IMG/VR virus record: IMGVR_UViG_2648501437_000025
Source: a virus
Lineage: Duplodnaviria > Heunggongvirae > Uroviricota > Caudoviricetes
Direction: 5' to 3' (one strand)
DNA: 38,438 bases
Shown here: in pieces, positions 27,149 through 37,202 of the stretch
How positions within the stretch are numbered: the first letter of the stretch is position 1
Layout of the letters: every line of letters begins with the position of its first letter
Translations under genes and position numbers: made by a program
The notes under the pieces: generated by a model
Told to the model about the DNA's origin: nothing
The model's database searches: none
The model's input: the letters and a program-made list of their open reading frames with translations, nothing else

Positions 27149-27895
27149 TTACTTCTCAATACCTGGCTGACCAACATTCGGGCGCCAGCTCTCCCAGTTA
27201 AAATTCACCCAGCGCCCGCCGTTCATGGTCATGCGATCCATAATCCGCTCGCCGAGCAATGTTTTCATGGCCTCATAGTTCAGGTTTGTCAGCATCCCCA
27301 CGCTGCGCATCGACGCTGTCCGGCGATCAACAATCTGGTGCAGTACCACCTGCTCGTTTTTCGTCTCGCGCTGAATACCAATTTCATCAAGAACCAGCAG
27401 ATCAACTTCGCACAGTTCCCGCAAAAATTTTTCGCCTGACTGCCCGTCGTCATAGCTGGCGTGCAGGGCGCTCATAACATCAGCCACGGTAACCACAATC
27501 ACTGTCTGGCCATCTTTCAGCAGGCGATTCCCGATAGCCGCCGCCAGATGGTTTTTTCCGGTACCAGGTTTTCCGCTGAACGCGAAATTTGTGCATCCGG
27601 TAACCAGTTCGTCAGCGATAGATTTCGCCTGACTCAACGCGTATCGCTGGCCGTCGTTCTGCACCTGGTAATTCGCAAACGAGCATTTGCGGTGCAACGG
27701 CTGTATGCCGGAGCGATTCAGGATTTTTTCCACCCGCAACTGACGATTCTGACGGTTGATCTCCTCACAACGTTTCTGGCCTTCTGCAAGTTGCCACTCG
27801 CGCCACTCCGCCACCGTCCTGAATGGCGCGGTTACATGTGGCGGGGCCAGTCGGCGGATGCGTTCCAGAACGCCGCCTGTCGCAATATTTTTCAT
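27149..27895 (-). CDS. ydaV: DnaC-like replicative helicase loader (IstB-like AAA+ ATPase)
   Basis: Walker [16 protein letters not shown] and Walker [10 protein letters not shown]; position after the initiator-like gene. Confidence 0.9.
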   Translation of the reverse strand: MKNIATGGVLERIRRLAPPHVTAPFRTVAEWREWQLAEGQKRCEEINRQNRQLRVEKILNRSGIQPLHRKCSFANYQVQNDGQRYALSQAKSIADELVTGCTNFAFSGKPGTGKNHLAAAIGNRLLKDGQTVIVVTVADVMSALHASYDDGQSGEKFLRELCEVDLLVLDEIGIQRETKNEQVVLHQIVDRRTASMRSVGMLTNLNYEAMKTLLGERIMDRMTMNGGRWVNFNWESWRPNVGQPGIEK

Positions 27896-27901
27896 GGTTC
27901 G

Positions 27902-28759
27902 TTACCCCCTGAAGCCTGGCGGGATCGCACTGTCCGGCAACGAGACGGTGTTAACCTGTCTGAGCAACGTCTCAGGCCGAACACCTTTCGGCGCGAACAA
28001 GCCCTGGTATTCATTGGCGATGCTATGTCGAATCACCTGCTCAGGGGTAAAACCCTGCTGGCGGAATTTTTCCAGCTCCCGTATCGCCCCGTTAGCGCCC
28101 TGCTCCGTTCGAATCGGTTTACGCAATGCATGGCGAAATTCAACCCACTCACGCCAAAGCGAGACAGAAATCCAGTTCGGCAAAGCAATATCCAGAGGGT
28201 CAAACTTTTTGACACCTCGATTCCCCCGGGGGGGATTTAGGGGGGGATCTGTTTTTAGATCTTTATCTGTATCTTTATTAGTTGCCTTTGTGTTGACATC
28301 ATGTTCAAACACCACTTCAACATCTGTTTGAACACCTGTTAAATTTCTCTCTTGTTTTGTTTGAACATCTGCTTCCTTTCTGCTTCTTCTGGCCTGAACA
28401 GATGCTTTTCCTGCGGCTGATTTTTTGGTTAATTTTTCCCTGACTGATGCCAGATCTTCCTCAATCCGAAGATGCACCCATTCCTCGCCGTTATCGCAAA
28501 AAAACTCCCGCAAGGATGGTTCAACATCAGCCCATCGCTCGTTAGTCAGACGGGCAATTTTTGCCAGCCTGTTTTTGGGTATTGGCTTTCCTGTTTGCCA
28601 GTAATTGAACATCAGCAACAAATACGCACCGTGCTCCTCTGCTGACAAATGCATGGTGTCAGCCAGGTAATCAGCTATGTACAGTTGCATGTATGGTAAT
28701 GCGGCCATAATTGCCCCGTATGATGCTGCCCGGTTGCTTAGAATAAGCACAAACAGCAT
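27902..28759 (-). CDS. ydaU: Replication initiation-associated protein (YdaU-like, DUF1376)
   Basis: N-terminal YIADYLADTMHLSAEEHGAYLLLMFNYWQTG pattern; 285 aa; located upstream of the DnaC-like gene. Confidence 0.7.
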   Translation of the reverse strand: MLFVLILSNRAASYGAIMAALPYMQLYIADYLADTMHLSAEEHGAYLLLMFNYWQTGKPIPKNRLAKIARLTNERWADVEPSLREFFCDNGEEWVHLRIEEDLASVREKLTKKSAAGKASVQARRSRKEADVQTKQERNLTGVQTDVEVVFEHDVNTKATNKDTDKDLKTDPPLNPPRGNRGVKKFDPLDIALPNWISVSLWREWVEFRHALRKPIRTEQGANGAIRELEKFRQQGFTPEQVIRHSIANEYQGLFAPKGVRPETLLRQVNTVSLPDSAIPPGFRG

Positions 28760-28771
28760 GAAAACTTTTGC

Positions 28772-29194
28772 TTAATGAACAATGACAGAATCGTCGGAAG
28801 ACCCGCCACCGCTGAAATATGCTTTACGGTAAACGGCCTGGACTGCATCATCATGCGCATCAATTGCCGTACTCAACGCTTCCTGCGCCGCCAGTAATGC
28901 ACGGCGTTCCAGGGTATCGAAGATGCAGAGTCGGTGACGCAGCTCGCGCGGAAGAATTGCCAGAACCGCAGGGATCAGTTTCTGAATTTTTTCCCTTTGC
29001 GCTTTCGTTTCACCTTTCAACCAACGGTGATAGATATTCTGCTGATTGTTCCAGTCCTTGCCTGGTACCAGGGGCAATTCGCCGCCCCCCTGGCGCAGAT
29101 ATTCTTCAGTAATTGCGTTAGCAACCCACGCCTGCCCTTTTTCGGCTGCTAGGGCTAACAACACTGATTCGATGTGCTCATGCCTGATTTTCAT
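28772..29194 (-). CDS. ydaT: YdaT-like protein
   Basis: 140-aa protein MKIRHEHIESVLLALAAEKGQAWVANAITEEY... closely resembles Rac YdaT from memory; start overlaps the Cro-like stop (ATGA). Confidence 0.7.
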   Translation of the reverse strand: MKIRHEHIESVLLALAAEKGQAWVANAITEEYLRQGGGELPLVPGKDWNNQQNIYHRWLKGETKAQREKIQKLIPAVLAILPRELRHRLCIFDTLERRALLAAQEALSTAIDAHDDAVQAVYRKAYFSGGGSSDDSVIVH

Positions 29195-29433
29195 GAATCA
29201 ACCGCTCCTATGCTGTTTTCGCTATGCTTACCGTCTGGGGGGAATACATCGTCAAGTCCACAATGAGCACCAAGCCGATTAAGGGTGGAAACAATTTTTC
29301 TGCACTCCTCTAGCCCAGGGGTACGAAAATTTGCTTCGTAATTTGCCAGTCGGCTTTGTATCCACCCTAGCTGAACAGCGAGTTGTCTTTGAGACAGACC
29401 AAGTTGTTTTCGATATGTTGAAATTTTGTTCAT
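29191..29433 (-). CDS. Cro-like XRE-family HTH regulator
   Basis: HTH segment LGLSQRQLAVQLGWIQSRLANYE; first gene of the leftward operon, GGAGG RBS; divergent from the repressor gene. Confidence 0.7.
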   Translation of the reverse strand: MNKISTYRKQLGLSQRQLAVQLGWIQSRLANYEANFRTPGLEECRKIVSTLNRLGAHCGLDDVFPPDGKHSENSIGAVDS

Positions 29434-29529
29434 TAAAAACCTCCGACGACAATTTTAAACACACCTTGTGTTTTACGGTCAAGCTATTTTGTGTTTTATA
29501 TAAATCACGATTCGTGATACAAGGACGAA
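29434..29529. promoter_or_regulatory. Divergent promoter/operator region of the immunity switch
   Basis: Two copies of TTGTGTTT(TA), a 15-nt perfect palindrome ATCACGA-T-TCGTGAT just upstream of the repressor RBS, and a minus-strand TTGACC/17 nt/TTTAAA promoter-like element. Confidence 0.55.
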
Positions 29530-29949
29530 ATGGAAAAAGAAAACGAAAAAATTGCCGCTAGTAGGCTCAATGACAAAATTGCAATGCGTCTTAAAGAGCG
29601 CAGGCAGAAGCTTGGTTTATCTCAAGGAAAACTTGCTGAAATCTGCGGATGGACGCAATCGCGTATAGGTAACTATGAGGCGGGCAGCAGAAATGTTGGA
29701 GTGCATGATGCTGTCGTCCTGGGAAAGGCGCTGGGCATATCTCCTCCTGAGCTCCTCTTTGGGGAAAAAGACTCTTCTGAATTGTGGTTAAATGAATCCC
29801 AACGAAAACTTCTTGAGTTGTTTAACCAGCTACCGGGCTCAGAACAACAACGAATGATTGAGCTATTTGAAGTCCGGCTAAAAGAAATCGACGAGTATGT
29901 AGAAAAATATTTGAGGGGCAGGCTTAAAGATACCCCCCCACCGGAGTAA
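29530..29949 (+). CDS. Prophage repressor (CI-like XRE HTH, no peptidase domain)
   Basis: HTH segment LGLSQGKLAEICGWTQSRIGNYEAG; divergent from the Cro-like gene; followed by its own terminator. Confidence 0.7.
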   Translation: MEKENEKIAASRLNDKIAMRLKERRQKLGLSQGKLAEICGWTQSRIGNYEAGSRNVGVHDAVVLGKALGISPPELLFGEKDSSELWLNESQRKLLELFNQLPGSEQQRMIELFEVRLKEIDEYVEKYLRGRLKDTPPPE

Positions 29950-29970
29950 TGATCTTGCTATCACAGTAAT

Positions 29971-29994
29971 ATGCCAATCAGCCCGCTATCAGCG
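29971..29994 (+). terminator. Intrinsic terminator after the repressor gene
   Basis: gcccgc-tatca-gcgggc hairpin followed by T7. Confidence 0.6.
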
Positions 29995-30041
29995 GGCTTT
30001 TTTTGTACCATCATCATATGACACGCCACCATAAAAACACA

Positions 30042-30076
30042 TTTTGTGTTGACATACAAAAACCCTTTGTGTTTAA
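30042..30076 (+). promoter_or_regulatory. PL-like early-left promoter with operator repeats
   Basis: TTGACA, 17-nt spacer, TTTAAT, overlapped by two TTTGTGTT repeats also present in the 29434-29529 region. Confidence 0.5.
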
Positions 30077-30251
30077 TAAGCATATCCAAACAACGCCCCA
30101 CCGGAGAACGGCAGGACAATACCTCGAGTTATCCAGCCACTGAACAGGGCTAAGTAGCCAGCCTGAGGCATACGAACATGACGGCAGTTGTTGATTGATA
30201 CAAAGCGCAGTAGATAAAACGTTCCGCCACCCGGCGTTAAGGGGAAAAAAG

Positions 30252-30386
30252 ATGGTGCATTACGAAGTAGTTCAGTATTTGATGGATTGTTGCGGTATCA
30301 CTTACAGCCAGGCTGTGCAGGCTTTACGTAGCAACGACTGGGATCTCTGGCAAGCAGAAGCCTCTATCCGCAACAACAAGATGTGA
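30252..30386 (+). CDS. ydaG: YdaG-like small protein (44 aa)
   Basis: MVHYEVVQYLMDCCGITYSQAVQALRSNDWDLWQAEASIRNNKM; ATG at 30252 with AAGGGG RBS; matches Rac gene order. Confidence 0.55.
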   Translation: MVHYEVVQYLMDCCGITYSQAVQALRSNDWDLWQAEASIRNNKM

Positions 30387-30396
30387 GGTGCGAAAA

Positions 30397-30552
30397 ATGC
30401 AAAAAATCGACCTCGGCAATAACGAATCCATGGTGTGCGGCGTGTTCCCCAACCAGGATGGAACGTTCACCGCCATGACTTATACCAAAAGCAAAACATT
30501 TAAAACCGAAACTGGTGCGCGCCGATGGTTGGAGAAGCACACAGTAAGCTAA
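30397..30552 (+). CDS. ydaF: YdaF-like small protein (51 aa)
   Basis: My translation: MQKIDLGNNESMVCGVFPNQDGTFTAMTYTKSKTFKTETGARRWLEKHTVS; RBS GAGGTG; below the track cutoff. Confidence 0.5.
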   Translation: MQKIDLGNNESMVCGVFPNQDGTFTAMTYTKSKTFKTETGARRWLEKHTVS

Positions 30553-31004
30553 CGATTAAAACGTCTACTCCTGCTGTTCCAGAATAACTTCATAAAATGG
30601 GAGTATTTTTCGGTGACGAGATAATAAGAACAGTTTGCGCTATCACTCTGATGTTGAATGATGCCCTTCCGTTCTAATTTTTTCATAACCGGGTTACGGC
30701 AAGGAGAAGTGATAATAAGATTTCCTGTTTTAAGGAAATCTTTAAATACAGCGATTTCTTTCTCAGATAAACGAAGCAACACTCGTTGCTCTGGTAGTAA
30801 TGAATAATGCTTTTGAATATGTGCTCGCAATCTTGAGAAGGAAATGGCGACCACGAAAGAAAAGGCAAAAACGATAATCTGAAAGAGCCAAGGTATTTCA
30901 GTATAAGCATTGAATGCGACAGTAAACTCTTTCGGTATCAGCCAGAGAGTGAGACCAAAAATGATAATCGTATACATAAGTCTTTCGATGTGGCTCGTTA
31001 GCAA
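30549..31004 (-). CDS. sieB: Superinfection exclusion protein SieB-like (membrane)
   Basis: Two N-terminal hydrophobic segments, opposite orientation to the flanking early genes as in Rac. Confidence 0.55.
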   Translation of the reverse strand: MLTSHIERLMYTIIIFGLTLWLIPKEFTVAFNAYTEIPWLFQIIVFAFSFVVAISFSRLRAHIQKHYSLLPEQRVLLRLSEKEIAVFKDFLKTGNLIITSPCRNPVMKKLERKGIIQHQSDSANCSYYLVTEKYSHFMKLFWNSRSRRFNR

Positions 31005-31468
31005 AAAGTTTCAACAATGGAGTAAATACATCCAACATATCAATAACTCTCAACTGTAAGGGTATTGAAATGTTAACACAAGCTCTCGCTGTAGGGGTAT
31101 AGCCGAGACCACCGAAGCCCGGAGGTGGTGAAATAAAACTGGGCGCAACACGAAGGCGCATTTCCGATATCCATAAAGAGTCGGTCTTGTCTGTTAAATT
31201 TAAATGGTGGGAGTGCGCCTCCGGTTGTAAATAACGACATTGCTGTGTGTAGTCTTGGCGGCATCAGTTTTTTCTTGAAGTTCGGCTGATGTCCGCCCTT
31301 TTTAAAGTGAATTTTGTGATGCGGTGAATGCGGCTAAGCGCACGCGGAACAGTTAAAAGCATCAGTGTTATGGGTGGATTATCCGGCGTTAATTGTTAAC
31401 TGGTTAACGTCACCTGGAGGCACCAGGCACCGCATCAACAAAGTTCATTTGTGAAAATGGAGATAATT

Positions 31469-31690
31469 ATGATTGCTCATCACTTCGGAACTGATGAAAT
31501 ACCTCGTCAGTGTGTGACTCCTGGTGATTATGTTCTTCATAACGGCCGGACATATATTGCCTCGGCAAACAATATTAAAAAGCGAAAGCTTTATATTCGT
31601 AACCTGACCACAAAAACATGCATTACTGACTGCATGATTAAAGTCTTCCTCGGTCGTGATGGTTTACCTGTAAAGGCGGAGTCATGGTGA
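31469..31690 (+). CDS. kilR: KilR cell-division inhibitor
   Basis: [46 protein letters not shown]... near-identical to Rac KilR as I remember it; GGAG RBS. Confidence 0.8.
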   Translation: MIAHHFGTDEIPRQCVTPGDYVLHNGRTYIASANNIKKRKLYIRNLTTKTCITDCMIKVFLGRDGLPVKAESW

Positions 31691-31860
31691 TGACTAAGAA
31701 AATAAAATGTGCTTACCACCTTTGCGATAAAGAAGTTAAAGAAAGCAAAAGCATTAAAAGACCACTTCATTTCATGCGTGGAGTTATCCCAACGACGGAA
31801 ATGAAAAAATATTGTAGTGAAATATGTGCCGAAAAAGACCAGATGGCACACGAACTTTAA
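31684..31860 (+). CDS. ydaE: YdaE-like small Cys-rich (zinc-binding) protein
   Basis: My translation: [58 protein letters not shown]; overlaps the kilR stop. Confidence 0.55.
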   Translation: MVMTKKIKCAYHLCDKEVKESKSIKRPLHFMRGVIPTTEMKKYCSEICAEKDQMAHEL

Positions 31861-31934
31861 TTAACTGACTATGCGAAACTGAATTTATGCCAGCAATGGC
31901 AGGGATTCGCTCAACCTTAATTAAGGAGAAAAAC

Positions 31935-32210
31935 ATGATTACCAGTTATGAAGCCACTGTTGTAACTACTGATGACATTGTTCACGAAGTTAATCTGGAA
32001 GGAAAGCGTATTGGCTACGTGATTAAAACAGAAAATAAAGAAACCCCATTCACTGTGGTTGATATCGACGGTCCATCAGGCAACGTTAAAACACTTCACG
32101 AAGGTGTCAAAAAAATGTGCCTGGTGCATACCGGAAAGAATCTGCCCGCAGAAAAAAAAGCCGAATTTCTGGCAACTCTAATTGCAATGAAATTAAAAGG
32201 TGAAATCTGA
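31935..32210 (+). CDS. racC: RacC-like protein
   Basis: MITSYEATVVTTDDIVHEVNLEGKRIGYVIKTENKETPF...; AAGGAG RBS; directly upstream of recE as in Rac. Confidence 0.65.
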   Translation: MITSYEATVVTTDDIVHEVNLEGKRIGYVIKTENKETPFTVVDIDGPSGNVKTLHEGVKKMCLVHTGKNLPAEKKAEFLATLIAMKLKGEI

Positions 32211-32311
32211 AAGAAATAGCCTGCGTATGGCGCAGGCTATGAACAGTGTGTATCCGGCAAGATCATTCACTGAACAAAACGAATTTTAATCTGAGTTGAG
32301 GTTAAAAAACA

Positions 32312-35300
32312 ATGAGCACAAAACCACTCTTCCTGTTACGGAAAGCGAAAAAATCATCCGGTGAACCTGACGTCGTCCTGTGGGCAAGCAACGATTTTGA
32401 ATCGACCTGTGCCACTCTGGACTACCTGATCGTTAAGTCAGGTAAAAAACTGAGCAGCTATTTTAAAGCTGTTGCCACGAATTTTCCTGTCGTTAATGAC
32501 CTGCCCGCTGAAGGTGAGATCGATTTTACCTGGAGTGAACGCTATCAACTCAGCAAAGACTCCATGACATGGGAACTAAAACCGGGAGCAGCACCAGACA
32601 ACGCTCACTATCAAGGCAATACCAACGTCAACGGCGAAGACATGACTGAGATTGAGGAGAATATGCTACTCCCAATTTCTGGCCAGGAACTGCCCATTCG
32701 TTGGCTTGCTCAACACGGCAGCGAAAAACCGGTAACGCACGTTTCACGCGACGGACTCCAGGCATTATACATTGCTCGGGCTGAAGAACTACCGGCTGTT
32801 ACTGCCCTGGCTGTTTCCCACAAAACCAGCCTGCTCGACCCGCTGGAAATTCGCGAACTCCACAAACTGGTTCGTGACACTGACAAAGTTTTCCCTAATC
32901 CTGGTAATTCAAACCTGGGACTGATAACTGCTTTTTTCGAAGCATACCTGAACGCTGACTACACCGATCGAGGACTGCTGACAAAAGAGTGGATGAAGGG
33001 TAATCGTGTTTCACACATCACTCGCACGGCTTCCGGTGCTAATGCTGGCGGCGGAAACCTCACCGATCGCGGCGAAGGTTTCGTACACGATCTGACGTCA
33101 CTGGCGCGCGACGTAGCCACTGGCGTACTGGCCCGTTCAATGGATCTGGACATCTATAACCTTCATCCGGCACACGCTAAACGCATTGAGGAAATTATCG
33201 CTGAAAATAAACCGCCCTTTTCTGTTTTCCGCGACAAATTCATCACCATGCCTGGCGGGCTGGATTATTCCCGCGCCATCGTGGTTGCGTCCGTAAAAGA
33301 AGCACCAATTGGGATCGAGGTCATCCCCGCGCACGTCACTGAATATCTGAACAAAGTACTGACTGAAACCGATCATGCCAACCCTGATCCGGAAATCGTG
33401 GATATTGCCTGCGGTCGCTCCTCTGCCCCGATGCCGCAGCGAGTAACAGAAGAAGGAAAACAGGATGATGAAGAAAAACCGCAACCATCTGGAACAACGG
33501 CAGTTGAACAGGGAGAGGCTGAAACAATGGAACCGGACGCAACTGAACATCATCAGGACACGCAGCCGCTGGATGCTCAGTCACAGGTAAATTCTGTTGA
33601 TGCGAAATATCAGGAACTGCGGGCAGAACTCCATGAAGCCCGAAAAAACATTCCATCAAAAGATCCTGTCGATGCCGATAAATTGCTTGCTGCATCACGT
33701 GGTGAATTTGTTGACGGAATTAGCGACCCGAACGATCCGAAATGGGTAAAGGGGATCCAGACTCGCGATTGTGTGTACCAGAACCAGCCAGAAACGGAAA
33801 AAACCAGCCCGGATATGAATCAACCTGAGCCAGTAGTGCAACAGGAACCGGAAATAGCCTGCAATGCCTGCGGCCAGACTGGCGGGGATAACTGCCCTGA
33901 CTGTGGTGCGGTGATGGGCGACGCAACATACCAGGAAACATTCGATGAAGAGAGTCAGGTTGAAGCTAAGGAAAATGATCCGGAGGAAATGGAAGGCGCT
34001 GAACATCCGCACAATGAGAATGCTGGCAGCGATCCGCATCGCGATTGCAGTGATGAAACTGGTGAAGCGTCAGCTCCTGTAGCAACTGAAATCATGTGGC
34101 CGTCATATTTCGAGCCTGGCCGCTATGAAAACCTCCCGAACGAGGTTTATCACTCCGCCAACGGAATAAGCAGCACGATGCTGAAGGATGCCCGTATCAG
34201 CCTGATGTATTACCATGGACGGCACATTGCCGGAACTATTCCGAACGAGGAAAGTGATGCACTGCTGCGTGGGCGGATCATTCACAGCTATGTTCTGGAA
34301 ACGGATAAATTCGCTGATGAATATGCCATTCCGGTACCGGTTCCTGAATATGTGGTTACTACTTCTAACGAACTGATCGCCATCATTAAAAAACACAATG
34401 CCAGTCTGCCAGCACTGATGACACCAGAGCAGATGAAAGAGTGGATCGAAAGCTACAACAGCACTCTTATACAGCCACTGTCTGTAAGTGCCGGGGCCGA
34501 AGAAACAGGCATCCTTTACGGTTCGCTTCCGGTGGAATTTCGGCGTATTCCTGAGGGGGAAAAACACACAGCATCAGCAATGAAAGCCTGTATTAAAGAA
34601 TACAACGCAAGCCTCCCTCCTCTGTTGAAAACCAGTGGAGCACGGGAGCAGCTTCTGGATCAAATTGAAACTGTAGCCCCAGAACTAGCAAAAAAAGAAC
34701 GTGCTAAATCTTTGCCTTACAACATCAGTGGCACAAAAGAGCAATTAACCGAAATCGCACGGCAAATTCGCCCGGAACTGGTGACTCTGGAGGACTGGCA
34801 AAAACGCCAGCAAGAAGAAAACGCCGGGAAAACGTTTATCAGTCCGGATATGTATGAACAGGCAAAAAATATTCACGCGGCACTACAAAACAGTACCGAT
34901 GCAGCAAGGTTACTCAACCACCCGGATCGCAAATCTGAAATCAGCTATTTCGGGTTTGATGAAGAAACCGGGCTGGAAATCAGGGTCCGTCCTGATATCG
35001 AAATCCGGCTGCCATACGAAAGCATTTGCGCTGACGTGAAGTCAGTCAGCCTCGGTTATGTGCGACAGGAACGACTTAAAGATCGCCTGCACCGTGAAAT
35101 TATTGAACGTGATTATCATCTCAGCGCCGCAATGTATTGCGATGTGGCAAACCTGGACAAATTTTTCTGGATCTTCGTCAACAAAGATGCTGGCTATCAC
35201 TGGGTGGCAGTCGTGGAAGCCTCGCAGGAACTCCTGGAACTTGGTCGACAGGAATATCGCCGGACGCTACGCCAGATAAACGAAGCCCTGGAGACAAACA

Positions 35301-35383
35301 ACTGGCCAGCACCGATTACCGAAAGTTATACCGACGAATTAAACGACTTTGATCTTCGTCGTCTTGAAGCACTGAGCATCTGA
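32312..35383 (+). CDS. recE: RecE-like exonuclease VIII (long form, 1023 aa)
   Basis: C-terminal part carries acidic/hydrophobic segments consistent with a PD-(D/E)XK nuclease domain of RecE type; acidic low-complexity middle region; followed by an annealing-protein gene. Confidence 0.8.
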   Translation: MSTKPLFLLRKAKKSSGEPDVVLWASNDFESTCATLDYLIVKSGKKLSSYFKAVATNFPVVNDLPAEGEIDFTWSERYQLSKDSMTWELKPGAAPDNAHYQGNTNVNGEDMTEIEENMLLPISGQELPIRWLAQHGSEKPVTHVSRDGLQALYIARAEELPAVTALAVSHKTSLLDPLEIRELHKLVRDTDKVFPNPGNSNLGLITAFFEAYLNADYTDRGLLTKEWMKGNRVSHITRTASGANAGGGNLTDRGEGFVHDLTSLARDVATGVLARSMDLDIYNLHPAHAKRIEEIIAENKPPFSVFRDKFITMPGGLDYSRAIVVASVKEAPIGIEVIPAHVTEYLNKVLTETDHANPDPEIVDIACGRSSAPMPQRVTEEGKQDDEEKPQPSGTTAVEQGEAETMEPDATEHHQDTQPLDAQSQVNSVDAKYQELRAELHEARKNIPSKDPVDADKLLAASRGEFVDGISDPNDPKWVKGIQTRDCVYQNQPETEKTSPDMNQPEPVVQQEPEIACNACGQTGGDNCPDCGAVMGDATYQETFDEESQVEAKENDPEEMEGAEHPHNENAGSDPHRDCSDETGEASAPVATEIMWPSYFEPGRYENLPNEVYHSANGISSTMLKDARISLMYYHGRHIAGTIPNEESDALLRGRIIHSYVLETDKFADEYAIPVPVPEYVVTTSNELIAIIKKHNASLPALMTPEQMKEWIESYNSTLIQPLSVSAGAEETGILYGSLPVEFRRIPEGEKHTASAMKACIKEYNASLPPLLKTSGAREQLLDQIETVAPELAKKERAKSLPYNISGTKEQLTEIARQIRPELVTLEDWQKRQQEENAGKTFISPDMYEQAKNIHAALQNSTDAARLLNHPDRKSEISYFGFDEETGLEIRVRPDIEIRLPYESICADVKSVSLGYVRQERLKDRLHREIIERDYHLSAAMYCDVANLDKFFWIFVNKDAGYHWVAVVEASQELLELGRQEYRRTLRQINEALETNNWPAPITESYTDELNDFDLRRLEALSI

Positions 35384-35394
35384 GGAAGGACACA

Positions 35395-36447
35395 ATGAAC
35401 GAATTAACTCAACAAGAAAATATTAACTCTAATGTTGCGGTTTTCAGCCCTCAGTCCCTGGCTGCAATTCAGACATTTTCCCAGGTAATGGCTTCCGGCA
35501 TGGCTACTGTACCGGAACACCTCCGGGGAAATCCATCAGACTGCATGGCCATCACCATGCAGGCGATGCAGTGGCAAATGAACCCTTACGCAGTAGCTCA
35601 GAAAACTTTCGTTGTGAATGGTGTGCTCGGATATGAAGCGCAACTGGTTAATGCCGTAATCAGTACTCGTGGGCCGCTAACCGGGCGTATTGAATATGAC
35701 TGGTTCGGGCCGTGGGAAAAAATTATCGGGAAATTTGAAATCAGGAAGAGCGACAAAGGGAAAGAATATCGTGTACCTGGCTGGAAGCTGGCCGATGAAA
35801 ACGGGATCGGTGTTCGTGTCCAGGCAACACTACGCGGCGAAAGTAAACCACGCGTACTGGAATTACTTCTGGCGCAGGCCAGAACACGTAACTCAACGCT
35901 ATGGGCCGACGATCCTCGCCAGCAGCTTGCCTATCTGGCGCTGAAACGCTGGGCGCGCCTTTATTGCCCCGAAGTGATTCTTGGAGTGTACACCAGGGAC
36001 GAACTGGACGAGCCACAGGAAAAAATCATTAATCCGGTTCAGGAACATAAAAACACTTCCGCTTGCCGCGCTGAACGTGAAACAACAATTATTGAGCAGG
36101 ATGCCGGGGAAAACTGGATCGATGCTTTCCGTGAACGTATTGAGCAGGCACAAAGCACCGGGGAAACAACAGCACTTCGCCAGGAAGTGGAAGATCATAA
36201 AAATACACTTGGCGCTCTCTATACGGAACTTAAAGGAAAAGTGGTTCAGCGTCATCACCGTCTCAATGCTATTGCCCGTATCGAGAAGATGATAAATGAC
36301 CTACCTTCTTCAGGTGATCCAGAAGCAGAACAAAAATTTACTGCTCTGGAAAATACGCTGAATGCTGCCCGGCCACATCTGGGTGAATTATATGAGGCGT
36401 ATAAAACGACACTGACAGATATGAAACCAGAATATATCGGCTCCTGA
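35395..36447 (+). CDS. RecT/Redbeta-family single-strand annealing protein
   Basis: N-terminal region (AITMQAMQWQMNPYAVAQKTFVVNGVLGYEAQLVNAVI) resembles the Redbeta/RecT annealing-domain layout; paired with recE. Confidence 0.6.
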   Translation: MNELTQQENINSNVAVFSPQSLAAIQTFSQVMASGMATVPEHLRGNPSDCMAITMQAMQWQMNPYAVAQKTFVVNGVLGYEAQLVNAVISTRGPLTGRIEYDWFGPWEKIIGKFEIRKSDKGKEYRVPGWKLADENGIGVRVQATLRGESKPRVLELLLAQARTRNSTLWADDPRQQLAYLALKRWARLYCPEVILGVYTRDELDEPQEKIINPVQEHKNTSACRAERETTIIEQDAGENWIDAFRERIEQAQSTGETTALRQEVEDHKNTLGALYTELKGKVVQRHHRLNAIARIEKMINDLPSSGDPEAEQKFTALENTLNAARPHLGELYEAYKTTLTDMKPEYIGS

Positions 36448-36510
36448 TATTGACTTTGGCGGTGTAGCCTCACCGCCATCACAAAATTTTATTTTATGAG
36501 AGAAAAGACA

Positions 36511-36705
36511 ATGCGGTATGAAAAAGTCAAACCATGCCCTTTTTGTGGTTGTCTATCAGTAACGGTAAAAGCCATTTCAGGATATTACCGCGCGAAGTGT
36601 AACGGATGCGAATCCCGAACCGGCTATGGTGGAAGTGAAAAAGAAGCACTCGAACGATGGAATAAACGAACCACTGGAAGTAATAATGGAGGTGTTCATG
36701 TATAA
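36511..36705 (+). CDS. ralR: RalR (Lar) restriction-alleviation protein / type I toxin
   Basis: MRYEKVKPCPFCGCLSVTVKAISGYYRAKCNGCESRTGYGGSEKEALERWNKR... matches Rac RalR from memory. Confidence 0.75.
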   Translation: MRYEKVKPCPFCGCLSVTVKAISGYYRAKCNGCESRTGYGGSEKEALERWNKRTTGSNNGGVHV

Positions 36706-36886
36706 AATTACCGCCACTATTGAAAAGGAAGGTGGCACTCCTACTAACTGGACAAGGTACTCAAAAACAAAATTAACCAAATCAGAATGCGAAAAAATGC
36801 TCTCAGGTAAAAAAGAAGCAGGCGGTTCCAGAGAGCAGAAAGTAAAACTGATAAATTTTAATTGCGAGAAACTTCAGTCGTCGTGA
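36698..36886 (+). CDS. ydaC: YdaC-like protein
   Basis: MYKITATIEKEGGTPTNWTRYSKTKL...; ATG overlaps the ralR 3' end, preceded by GGAGG. Confidence 0.55.
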   Translation: MYKITATIEKEGGTPTNWTRYSKTKLTKSECEKMLSGKKEAGGSREQKVKLINFNCEKLQSS

Positions 36887-36985
36887 ATTGCATTGTATTC
36901 AAATTAAAACTTCATAGCTGATTATTAATAATCAACATCGGGCGTCAATTTCAGTCTAACATTGGCGCCTGCCAGAGGTGATGCG

Positions 36986-37201
36986 ATGGCACAAGTAATC
37001 TTTAATGAAGAGTGGATGGTTGAATACGGCCTGATGCTTCGCACTGGTCTGGGGGCCAGACAAATTGAAGCATACCGCCAGAACTGTTGGGTGGAAGGCT
37101 TCCACTTCAAACGAGTATCTCCTTTAGGTAAGCCAGACAGCAAACGAGGGATTATCTGGTACAACTATCCAAAGATAAATCAGTTTATCAAAGACTCATG
37201 A
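36986..37201 (+). CDS. xisR: Excisionase
   Basis: [66 protein letters not shown]; directly upstream of int with 1-nt spacing. Confidence 0.75.
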   Translation: MAQVIFNEEWMVEYGLMLRTGLGARQIEAYRQNCWVEGFHFKRVSPLGKPDSKRGIIWYNYPKINQFIKDS

Positions 37202-37202
37202 T

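Noticed and set aside
27259-28331. Plus-strand ORFs 27461..28240 and 27756..28331 (259 and 191 aa) and 27259..27477
   Set aside because: Antisense to the DnaC-like and YdaU-like genes, which have clear motifs; Arg/Ser-rich translations; no RBS noted.
30898-31264. Minus-strand ORFs 30898..31161 and 31073..31264 between sieB and kilR
   Set aside because: They overlap the sieB 5' end and the early-left regulatory region, have no good start context and no recognisable motif; an N-like gene cannot be supported from sequence alone.
32211-32311. Inverted repeat agcctgcg-tatg-cgcaggct between racC and recE as a terminator
   Set aside because: The hairpin is not followed by a T-run, so it was not called a terminator; it may be an RNA structural element.
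32959-34567. Several minus-strand ORFs (32959..33153, 33137..33553, 33336..33698, 33695..34039, 34103..34567)
   Set aside because: All fall inside the recE coding region on the opposite strand, with Arg/Cys/Phe-rich translations typical of antisense frames.
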